A DNA stretch of 51,509 nt from an uncultured Sangeribacter sp. (GTDB taxonomy: Bacteria; Bacteroidota; Bacteroidia; Bacteroidales; Muribaculaceae), in assembly GCA_964419535.1 (NCBI GenBank), contig CAYQQG010000001.1:1-51509 (forward strand), given 5' to 3'. The position numbers and the translations under genes were made by a program. Under the pieces are notes generated by a model. It did not search any database and was not told the origin of the DNA. It was given only the letters and a program-made list of their open reading frames with translations. This document shows, piece after piece, positions 29,230-37,370 of the stretch. The first letter of the stretch is position 1; each line of letters opens with the position of its first letter.

Positions 29230-30558
29230 ATGAATAAGATTTTTTCCTCTAAATATTTCCTCACATATATTTTCGCACTCTTATGCACGGGATTTCTTTT
29301 CCAATCCTGTCATAAGGATGAGCCGTCACCGGAACAGAAACATACCGACACTTCGATTCTCCTATATGCAGTCGCCTCGAATAATCTTTCAATAAGTTTT
29401 AACGAGGATTTGAAGGAGATGAAACTCGGACTCAAAGAAGTTGACTTAGATAGGATTGATTATTACATATATTATGTCCGCAACGGACTCAATCCCGGGC
29501 CGGTGCTTGTTAAAGCGGTGAAGAATCACGAGGGTGAGGTGGATTTCCAAGAGATAAAAGCCTACGATCGCGAAACACCGTCGACCGATCCGAAAAGAAT
29601 TTCTCAAATAATCAATGAGTTCTCCACAATGACATCGGGAGACACTAAAGGATTGATTCTATGGAGCCATTCGACCGCTTGGGCGCCTTCTCCCTCTTTT
29701 AATCCGGATCTGTCTGAAATTCCGGCCTTTGACGGAAACAACGGCGGAGTAGGGGACGGATCTAAGAATGATGCGGAGCAAGAATACAATCTGGAGATGA
29801 TGCCCCAGGACATTATAAAATGGTGGGGACAGGATATAGAAACCGGTGTCGCACATTATTGCGAACTCCCCGATCTGGCGAATGCCATTCCCGACAAACA
29901 CTTTGACTTTATTTGGTTTGACTGTTGCTATATGTCAAGCATCGAGGTCATCTATCAGCTTCGGAACAAAGCCAATCTGTTTGTGGCCTATCCGACCGAA
30001 GTTCTTGCTGAAGGCGCCCCCTATGATCTTGTCCTCCCTCTAATTGCTAAGATAAATCCTGATCTTGTGGCTGCAGCTGATGCCATGTCGGATTATTACC
30101 TCTCCGGAAATAAGATGTTTACCGTTGCGGTCATTGACCCGGCTCCAATTGAGGCTATCGCTGAAATGGCTCAATCGGCAATTCCGGGGACAAGAGCACC
30201 GAAATACAAATTGATTAAATATTCCCGAGGAGGATACGGTTTTTATGATTTCGGCCAATATACCCGAAAATGGGGTGATTCACTGAACAATAATGAATCC
30301 GGGGCTGTGGCGTGGGACACAGATGAATTCAACCGTCTAATGAATGATTTTGTCATTTATAAGAACTGCAGCAATAAAATTTTCACCGGAAGCATAGACA
30401 CCGAGCAATATTCCGGAATCTCGTGCGGTTATTTCGACTATAATCCTGACTCACCGACTGCGGCTGATGCTTCGGATTATGCCGATCAAGTCTATTATAC
30501 CCGCCTCGATTGGTTCGACAGAGTGTATAAACCCTTCTGGCCGGCCATGTTTCAATAA
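29230..30558 (+). CDS. Clostripain-family (C11) cysteine peptidase lipoprotein
   Basis: Lipobox 'FQS-C'; 'LILWSHS' (His) and 'FDCCYM' (Cys) dyad; 'EVIYQLR', 'PTEVLAEG.PY'. Start moved to ATG 29230. Confidence 0.85.
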   Translation: MNKIFSSKYFLTYIFALLCTGFLFQSCHKDEPSPEQKHTDTSILLYAVASNNLSISFNEDLKEMKLGLKEVDLDRIDYYIYYVRNGLNPGPVLVKAVKNHEGEVDFQEIKAYDRETPSTDPKRISQIINEFSTMTSGDTKGLILWSHSTAWAPSPSFNPDLSEIPAFDGNNGGVGDGSKNDAEQEYNLEMMPQDIIKWWGQDIETGVAHYCELPDLANAIPDKHFDFIWFDCCYMSSIEVIYQLRNKANLFVAYPTEVLAEGAPYDLVLPLIAKINPDLVAAADAMSDYYLSGNKMFTVAVIDPAPIEAIAEMAQSAIPGTRAPKYKLIKYSRGGYGFYDFGQYTRKWGDSLNNNESGAVAWDTDEFNRLMNDFVIYKNCSNKIFTGSIDTEQYSGISCGYFDYNPDSPTAADASDYADQVYYTRLDWFDRVYKPFWPAMFQ

Positions 30559-30636
30559 ATTCCTCCCTCCTCCCACAAATCCTTATTCACTATCCCCTAT
30601 TCACTATCACTTATAACTTCATATTTCTAAAATTGA

Positions 30637-31761
30637 ATGTTGCAGACCGATAATCTGACAGTAGAAGACCTTCCCGATAAGATAGAATCCGGCAAGGAAG
30701 CCATCGAGGCTCTGAAAGGCCTCTCTTTTGATGACGCCATATCACAAATCGCCAACAGTCTTGTACATTTCTCGTTCAAACTGCTCATTGCGATCCTCGT
30801 CTTTTATGTCGGAAAATTCCTGATAAAGAAGATCTATAAAGTCATTAACAGGATTATGATCAGTCGAAGGATGGATCCGTCTCTGACGACTTTCGTCCTT
30901 TCGCTTGTCAATATGGTTCTTTATTTCATATTGATAGTGACCATTATCGGCATTCTCGGTCTCGAAACGAGTTCCTTCCTTGCCATTTTCGCATCCGCAG
31001 GTGTCGCAATCGGCATGGCTCTGAGCGGAACATTGCAAAACTTTGCCGGCGGCGTTCTGATTCTGCTCCTGAAACCATACAAGGTCGGAGATTATATCGA
31101 AGCGTCCGGATTTTCAGGCACGGTGAAGGCAATCCAGATTTTCAATACAGTCATCAACACTCCTGACAATAAAACAATCATCATTCCCAACGGCGGACTG
31201 TCCACTGGCTCAATCAATAATTATTCGTCCGAGAACTACCGCCGTGTTGACTGGACAATATCATTGTCATATGACACGGACTATGCTTCCGCTTCCGAGG
31301 CGATCAAACAGCTTCTTCTCGAAGATGACCGGGTGGTCACAAAATATATCGAGGACGATATGGAGAAACGTAAAATGGCCGGAATGCCGGATGATTCCAA
31401 AACCGATGAGGAAAACGCCTTAGACAAAGAGAATCGCGAAGAAGGCATTCCGGAAGAGCCGAAAAATTTCTTCGCTCGTCTTTTCGAATCGCGTCATAAA
31501 AAAGCGCGCCGTCTTCAGCAAAAAATTCAGGAGAAAACGGGGCTGTCAGCTTTGGTCGCTGAGAAAATTGACCGTTCGCCGTTCGTTGGCCTAAGCGAAA
31601 TGGCCGACAGCAGCATCAATCTGACGGTCAGGGCCTGGACCCACAGCAGCAATTATTGGCCTCTATATTTTGATATGAACGAGGTCTTTTTCACCCGTCT
31701 GCCCAAAGCCGGATTCTCGTTCCCCTATCCTCAACTTGACGTCCACATGCAAAATAACTGA
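30637..31761 (+). CDS. mscS: Small-conductance mechanosensitive channel
   Basis: TM3 'ASAGVAIGMALSGTLQNFAGG', 'KPYKVGDYI', 'IIPNG', 'MADSSI', 'FPYPQ'; carries an insertion of about 75 aa. Confidence 0.93.
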   Translation: MLQTDNLTVEDLPDKIESGKEAIEALKGLSFDDAISQIANSLVHFSFKLLIAILVFYVGKFLIKKIYKVINRIMISRRMDPSLTTFVLSLVNMVLYFILIVTIIGILGLETSSFLAIFASAGVAIGMALSGTLQNFAGGVLILLLKPYKVGDYIEASGFSGTVKAIQIFNTVINTPDNKTIIIPNGGLSTGSINNYSSENYRRVDWTISLSYDTDYASASEAIKQLLLEDDRVVTKYIEDDMEKRKMAGMPDDSKTDEENALDKENREEGIPEEPKNFFARLFESRHKKARRLQQKIQEKTGLSALVAEKIDRSPFVGLSEMADSSINLTVRAWTHSSNYWPLYFDMNEVFFTRLPKAGFSFPYPQLDVHMQNN

Positions 31762-31766
31762 CTGAC

Positions 31767-32507
31767 ATGAAGATTCTATTCCGCATTTATCAATGGGTCA
31801 TAGCCGCGCCGATTCTTCTGGTGCTTACTATTATTACTGCCTTAGTGACTATCATCATGGCCTCAATCTTCGGGAGCCACTTCTGGGGTTATTATCCGGC
31901 CCATTTATGGAGCCGATGTGTCTGTTTCCTTTGGGGACAGAGGGTCGTTGTCAAAGGCCGTGAAAACATCGATCCCAAGACGAGTTATGTTTTCGTGGCA
32001 AATCATCAGGGCGCCTTCGACATATGGGCAATATACGGCTATCTCAACCATGACTTCAAATGGTTGATGAAGAAAGAACTTGAAAAAATCTTTCTTGTCG
32101 GATTCGCATGCAAGAAAGCCGGCCACATTATGGTCGACGATTCCTCAATCACCGGAATACGCACAACAATTCAGGAATCCGAAAAGACATTGCAAGGGGG
32201 CATGTCACTTGTGATCTTCCCCGAAGGGAGCCGCACCTTTGACGGAAAGATGATCCCGTTCAAACGCGGAGCCTTCATGCTGGCAGCCGAATATAAGTTG
32301 CCCGTCGTGCCGATCACGATTGACGGGGCCTTCAACGCTATGCCACGAACCACCTACAATGTTACCCCCGGCACCATTACACTCACCATACACAAGCCGA
32401 TCTATCCCGGCGAGAAAGGCTTCAACACCAAAAAACTCATGGCCGAATGCCGCGATGCAATCCAACAGTCACTCCCACCAGAACATCGCGACAATCCAAC
32501 CGCCTGA
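31767..32507 (+). CDS. plsC: Lysophospholipid acyltransferase (PlsC-like)
   Basis: 'ANHQGAFD', 'IFPEGSRT', 'FKRGAF', 'VVPITI'. Confidence 0.88.
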   Translation: MKILFRIYQWVIAAPILLVLTIITALVTIIMASIFGSHFWGYYPAHLWSRCVCFLWGQRVVVKGRENIDPKTSYVFVANHQGAFDIWAIYGYLNHDFKWLMKKELEKIFLVGFACKKAGHIMVDDSSITGIRTTIQESEKTLQGGMSLVIFPEGSRTFDGKMIPFKRGAFMLAAEYKLPVVPITIDGAFNAMPRTTYNVTPGTITLTIHKPIYPGEKGFNTKKLMAECRDAIQQSLPPEHRDNPTA

Positions 32508-32600
32508 TTGTTTACAATAAAAAACATATACATTTTAAGATATCTATCTTCTTTTAAGATATCTGTTTTATTTTGAGATAACTATATTATTCTACCACTA

Positions 32601-32648
32601 TAAAGATTAGACCCGATCCATGAATTTTGGAATCGGGTCTAATCTTTA
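32601..32648. terminator. Long stem-loop after plsC (probable terminator)
   Basis: TAAAGATTAGACCCGAT...ATCGGGTCTAATCTTTA, 17-bp perfect arms. Confidence 0.6.
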
Positions 32649-32756
32649 AAGAAGGGTTATGTGTTATAAGTGTAGAGTATAAAATGTAGAGAATAATACA
32701 TTTTAAAGAGAATAATACAATATAATAGGTATTTAAAATTTAAATCAAATATAGAA

Positions 32757-33365
32757 ATGCTGCAATATATTACAAATACTAAGTGCGGGAAGTCGATTCC
32801 GGAACAGGTGAAGGCTGTTCTGGAAGGTGGTTGCCGTTGGATTCAGCTCGATATGGGTGACGCCTCAAATGATGAACTTCTCGATATGGCCAAGAAAGTG
32901 AAGGAATTGACCGATGCCAAGGAGGCTTTCCTGGTGATTAACCATTCGATAGATGTCTGTCGTGATGCGAATGCTACGGGCGTAAATCTTTCTCAAACAG
33001 ACGTTAAGCCGTCAAAAGCTCGCGTCGATTTAGGCCCCCTTGCCGTTATTGGAATTGAAGCGGACACTTTTGACGAAATCAACGCTGTCCGCGCCTTGGA
33101 CATTGATTATATATCTATCGGTCCTCTGAAGAGTGACAATGGAGATGCAATCGGATTGGAAGGAATTGCCAGCCTTTGTACCAGAATGAAAGAGGCTGAC
33201 ATCAATATAGCCCACGTCGCAAGCGGTGGTGTAACTCTTGATGATGTTAAACCCCTCCTTGAAGCCGGTGTTGACGGAATAGCCGTGAGCGATGCAATCG
33301 CGTTTGCAGACAATATGGCGGAAGCGACTCGAAAGTACTGTGACCTTTTGCCAACTGGCGACTAA
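32757..33365 (+). CDS. Thiamine-phosphate synthase (ThiE/TenI) fold protein with a degenerate active site
   Basis: ThiE-like pattern 'MLQYIT..VLEGGCRWIQL..DYISIGP..VASGGVT..AGVDGIAVS', but several catalytic residues are substituted. Confidence 0.8.
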   Translation: MLQYITNTKCGKSIPEQVKAVLEGGCRWIQLDMGDASNDELLDMAKKVKELTDAKEAFLVINHSIDVCRDANATGVNLSQTDVKPSKARVDLGPLAVIGIEADTFDEINAVRALDIDYISIGPLKSDNGDAIGLEGIASLCTRMKEADINIAHVASGGVTLDDVKPLLEAGVDGIAVSDAIAFADNMAEATRKYCDLLPTGD

Positions 33366-33463
33366 AACCTCGTTTTCACAAAATTCTTATCAAGGTTTTT
33401 GATTCTTGGTGCCTTATTCATTAATAGAATCTTAGCTCAAAAAAATATTAATCTTTAAATTAA

Positions 33464-34048
33464 ATGACTATGAAATTCCAACAGCCACGTCTCCCCTATG
33501 CACCGGACGCTTTAGAGCCGGTTATCTCTGCCGTAACTTTGGATTTCCATTATGGCAAGCATGAAAAAGCATATATAGATAATCTCAATCGTCTAATTAA
33601 GGACACACCTTATGAGGATATGCCCCTTGAAAGAATTATTGTGGAAAGCGAAGGTCCGCTCTTCAACAATGCTTCTCAGGCTTGGAATCATATCTTCTAT
33701 TTTTTCCAGTTCAATCCCGCGGGGTTGAAAGCACCCGGAGGCCGTCTTGGTGAGCAGATAGAGAAACAATTCGGCTCACTTGAAAACTTTCAGAAAGAAT
33801 TTGAAGAGGCCGGTGCCTCGCTTTTCGGAAGCGGATGGGTATGGCTTGCAAATGATAAAGACGGTCACCTTGAAATCATCAAAGGTTCGAACGCGGAAAA
33901 TCCTCTTACTCGTAACCTTAACCCAATCCTGACATTCGATGTCTGGGAACATGCCTACTATCTGGATTATCAGAATCGACGGGCCGATTACCTCCACCGC
34001 CTATGGGATATTCTTGATTGGAGCGTCATCGAATCCCGCTATCAATAA
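33464..34048 (+). CDS. sod: Fe/Mn superoxide dismutase
   Basis: 'LPYAPDALEP', 'HYGKH', 'FNNASQAWNH', 'FGSGW', 'DVWEHAYY'. The Gln in NNASQ suggests an Fe or cambialistic type. Confidence 0.96.
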   Translation: MTMKFQQPRLPYAPDALEPVISAVTLDFHYGKHEKAYIDNLNRLIKDTPYEDMPLERIIVESEGPLFNNASQAWNHIFYFFQFNPAGLKAPGGRLGEQIEKQFGSLENFQKEFEEAGASLFGSGWVWLANDKDGHLEIIKGSNAENPLTRNLNPILTFDVWEHAYYLDYQNRRADYLHRLWDILDWSVIESRYQ

Positions 34049-34055
34049 AAGTTGG

Positions 34056-36983
34056 CTAAAATTCCTGAAGGAAACGAGAGAGATTGGTTTCACGCTCAAG
34101 CTGAAGCTTTTTTCTCAAACGATAGCGTGACATCTCGACAGATTTCGGCGCAACGTTCATCAATGGGGCTATCTCTTTTGTAGATAGTCCCATTTTTATG
34201 AAGCAACACAGCCTGAATTCCATTTTTGTCAGATCCGGATATGCTCTCTTTAACCGTTCGACATAATCACCATACAGTCCTTCGAAATTCCTATCCACCT
34301 GAGTCAACGTGTCGTCACGCTTCAACGTGTCGTCTATCAATTGTTGAACCTCCCCGACTTTTCGGTTCAGCACCACACCTTTCTGATTCTCCGGCCGTAT
34401 AGAGTTCTTTATTTCATCGAGTCTCCCGTGGATCCGGAGAAGTATCTCATTGCGATGCATTGTGTTGCGTGTGACATTTGCGAGCGATTCGCTAAGATGC
34501 GAAATTTCATCCTCTTTTTTCTGTTTCTGCAATGTTTCTATACGGCTTCTGCTCTCGCGCTCTGACTCGTCCGCGGCTTGGCGCAAAAGAATAATCTCTT
34601 TCTCCTTCGTGGCCTCTACTTTCTTGGCCTTCTCTTGTGAATATCTCAAAACCAAGCGGACAACGAGAAGAACTATCACAGCAAAGGCCATCAGATAGAT
34701 AATCTTAGCCCAAATCGACCAATACCACGGTGTAGCAACCGAGAAATTAATCATTTTCTCGCTCTGTTTACCCGTAATATCGTTGTGGGCACGGATATGA
34801 AGCACATAATCCCCATTCCCGAGTCTGGTATATTCCTTTGAATCCGCTTCGGAATATGAACTCCATTCTTTATCATATCCTTCGAGGAAGAAACTATATC
34901 TGACGGAGCCTTCATTTCTGTATTCCGGCAGAAACGCCTCGAACCTCACCGAAGAGAGATTATGCGGCAACTCAAGCTTTCCGGCCCTGACGGAAAGGAC
35001 ATCGCCTGAGATAACAGAGTCGTTATTAAGAATAATTCTCGCCAGTCCGACACCCGGTGAATTTTCAGAAGTGGTATTGTAACCGGGATTGAATTCGTAA
35101 AATCCATCCTCGAACCCCGCTATAATTTTATCATCAATAAAATTGAAATTATCAAATCCCGGAACCATTCTCGGAGCAGCAATGCTGAATGTCGTTGAAT
35201 CCACCGAAGACGCTAATCCGGAAGGTGAAAAGGAATGTACTATTATCTTTTTTCCATTTACGCCCCAAAGCGAGCCGTCGGAATTCTTATAAATATGTGC
35301 GCTTGCATGGAACGGCAATCTTTCATTAAGTTCGCTGTCATATTGCAGCTTGCCGGTCTTGGGATTGGGACGATAGAACCCGGCCGGTGTCGAAATGATT
35401 GCCGTTCCGTCCAATATTTTGAGTCCTATATTATCATTGACCGGAAGTCCGTCGGATGTTGAATAATGCCTGACATTGACAAATCTCATTTTGGTCTGAT
35501 CCAAATTCATGGAATACAATCCTTTCTGCCAGTCCGCAATCCAGATCCTTCCGGCGTCATCAAGACTAACCTTGGCATTGGTCTCAGAAAAGCCTGTTAT
35601 TCTCCCTTCATCGGACCAACCTGATGATTTCTTGCTGACGAGATGATAATCATCATAAGTGGCGACCAACAGTTTTCCGTCAGCCAATTTCCCAACATTC
35701 CAAACGCCGCCCATTCTTCCAATCTCTTTCAAACTTCCCGGCTTCCCGATGAAGAGACCCAGATCACTGCTTATAATCAATTCATTCCCAATGCTGTCAA
35801 TTCCCCAGACTTGGCCGGGAAGCTCACGATTAGGGACTGGTGGAACGACTCCCGACCGTACAGGGTATGAGATAGAATACAGTCCTTGGTTAGTCCCGTA
35901 ATAAAGTGTTTTTCCATACAATAATGAGGCATATCCGGCACCGAAAGATTCATCTTCGGGCAATAATAACTTAATTGGTGAATTATGTCCTATAAAATCG
36001 ATACCGTTGTCGAGTCCGAGCCACACATTGCTATTGCTGTCAAAGAAAACTGAAAGCACGGTGTTGTTCTGCATTCCGGAGCCCTTGTTGACATATGAAC
36101 TTGATCCGGTCTTGAAGTTCTTAATGACCAGCCCGTTATTCACAGTTCCGAAAGCGACTTCACTGTCTTTTGTATCGGCACAAAAGACTTGAGACTCTTT
36201 GAGGAAGCTGTCAATGTCGGTCGGGAATCTTTCTACCGAGGTCGGATCGAAACTGAAACAACCGTCGAAAGACGTGACAATTAATCCTTTACCCGGATGA
36301 AGAGGATGATCTGTCATTGCGGCCACGGTGTGTCCGCTGAAATCGTGCGGAAAAGAAAGATCAGTCAATTTCCCCGTGTCATATCTGCAAATTCTTCCAT
36401 TTTTAAGAGCCACATATATTCTTCCGTCAATCACGTGCGAGGCCAAGATTTTATCTCCTAAATAAATCGGCAAGACCGTTCTTCCGTCATATTTATAAAT
36501 ATCATAATCACCCTGAAAATATACATCATTGTTGATTTTGAAAATATTCCATACATCACCTATATGAGCATGACGTGCGGGTAATTTAGGAATGAGTGAA
36601 TGATAATGATAATCACCTGTGGAATCAGACGGCTCGAAATATCCGAAAGTCCATGAACCTCCGACATAAGTTCTGTGAGCAACAGAGTCAATCAGGACAC
36701 TTCTTGCCGCTCCAAAATTTTCAAGGGGATATAGAGACCACCTTGATCCGTCATAGAGCAATAAACCTCTTTTATTAGCGAATGCCATACGCCCGTCTAT
36801 ATATTGGGCAATGTCCCAGTTCTGGGTGTCCGCGTTATATTTCTGCTTTGAATAATTCCTGACCATCGGATAGCCTCCACGAAGTGAGAATCCGATAACC
36901 AATAGCATAACCGCCGGAAGGAAAATTCGTGAAAAATATTTGGAATGAAATCCTATTTCAATTGTTGAAAAATTCCTTTTCAT
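34056..36983 (-). CDS. Membrane-spanning one-component PUL regulator (periplasmic beta-propeller + Y_Y_Y, TM, coiled coil, LuxR-type HTH)
   Basis: Reg_prop-like repeats ('NVWLGLDNGI'), Y_Y_Y 'YSFFLEGYDKEWS..KEYTRL..GDY', 'PWYWSIWA'+TM, HTH 'LSTKEIAPLMNVAPKSVEMSRYRLRKKL'; no kinase or receiver domain. Start moved to ATG 36983. Confidence 0.88.
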   Translation of the reverse strand: MKRNFSTIEIGFHSKYFSRIFLPAVMLLVIGFSLRGGYPMVRNYSKQKYNADTQNWDIAQYIDGRMAFANKRGLLLYDGSRWSLYPLENFGAARSVLIDSVAHRTYVGGSWTFGYFEPSDSTGDYHYHSLIPKLPARHAHIGDVWNIFKINNDVYFQGDYDIYKYDGRTVLPIYLGDKILASHVIDGRIYVALKNGRICRYDTGKLTDLSFPHDFSGHTVAAMTDHPLHPGKGLIVTSFDGCFSFDPTSVERFPTDIDSFLKESQVFCADTKDSEVAFGTVNNGLVIKNFKTGSSSYVNKGSGMQNNTVLSVFFDSNSNVWLGLDNGIDFIGHNSPIKLLLPEDESFGAGYASLLYGKTLYYGTNQGLYSISYPVRSGVVPPVPNRELPGQVWGIDSIGNELIISSDLGLFIGKPGSLKEIGRMGGVWNVGKLADGKLLVATYDDYHLVSKKSSGWSDEGRITGFSETNAKVSLDDAGRIWIADWQKGLYSMNLDQTKMRFVNVRHYSTSDGLPVNDNIGLKILDGTAIISTPAGFYRPNPKTGKLQYDSELNERLPFHASAHIYKNSDGSLWGVNGKKIIVHSFSPSGLASSVDSTTFSIAAPRMVPGFDNFNFIDDKIIAGFEDGFYEFNPGYNTTSENSPGVGLARIILNNDSVISGDVLSVRAGKLELPHNLSSVRFEAFLPEYRNEGSVRYSFFLEGYDKEWSSYSEADSKEYTRLGNGDYVLHIRAHNDITGKQSEKMINFSVATPWYWSIWAKIIYLMAFAVIVLLVVRLVLRYSQEKAKKVEATKEKEIILLRQAADESERESRSRIETLQKQKKEDEISHLSESLANVTRNTMHRNEILLRIHGRLDEIKNSIRPENQKGVVLNRKVGEVQQLIDDTLKRDDTLTQVDRNFEGLYGDYVERLKRAYPDLTKMEFRLCCFIKMGLSTKEIAPLMNVAPKSVEMSRYRLRKKLQLERETNLSRFLQEF

Positions 36984-37147
36984 ATAACCATTATTTGAAC
37001 CCTCAAATACGATCCACAAGAATATTTTAAATTTGCAAGTGAAATTAGTCAAAAAATAACAAAGAGTAATATCTAAAAATATGTTATATAACATGAATAT
37101 TTGTATAATTTTGTGTTTCAATATGTTAAAAATCTTTATAGAAGTAG

Positions 37148-37227
37148 TGTAGAGGTAAAAAAATGTAAATGTAGAGTTTTTTTATAGTTAAAAATGTTGC
37201 AACAATGTATAAATGTCTATAATTTTG
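37148..37227 (+). promoter_or_regulatory. susC promoter with upstream candidate operator repeats
   Basis: TTG at 37197-99 and TAATTTTG at 37220-27; TGTAGAG at 37148 and 37170 (22-bp spacing); palindrome TGTTGCAACA at 37195-37204. Confidence 0.65.
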
Positions 37228-37370
37228 CGACATCATTTTGCCGCGCAATGCTTTCAGACGCATATCACAGCGAAATCCGAAAGAATATCGCGGCGGGATC
37301 CGAGGTCTTCTTGGAGACACAATTCGGGTATGACTCTTAATTATTAAGGAAAATCAAATTAACTTTATAC

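Noticed and set aside
32510-32756. TPP riboswitch upstream of the thiE-like gene
   Set aside because: No CTGAGA or other TPP core elements visible; the region is AT-rich repeats plus one hairpin.
36984-37121. 46-aa N-terminal extension of the PUL regulator in the ORF track
   Set aside because: AT-rich promoter-like DNA; the hydrophobic signal segment follows ATG 36983.
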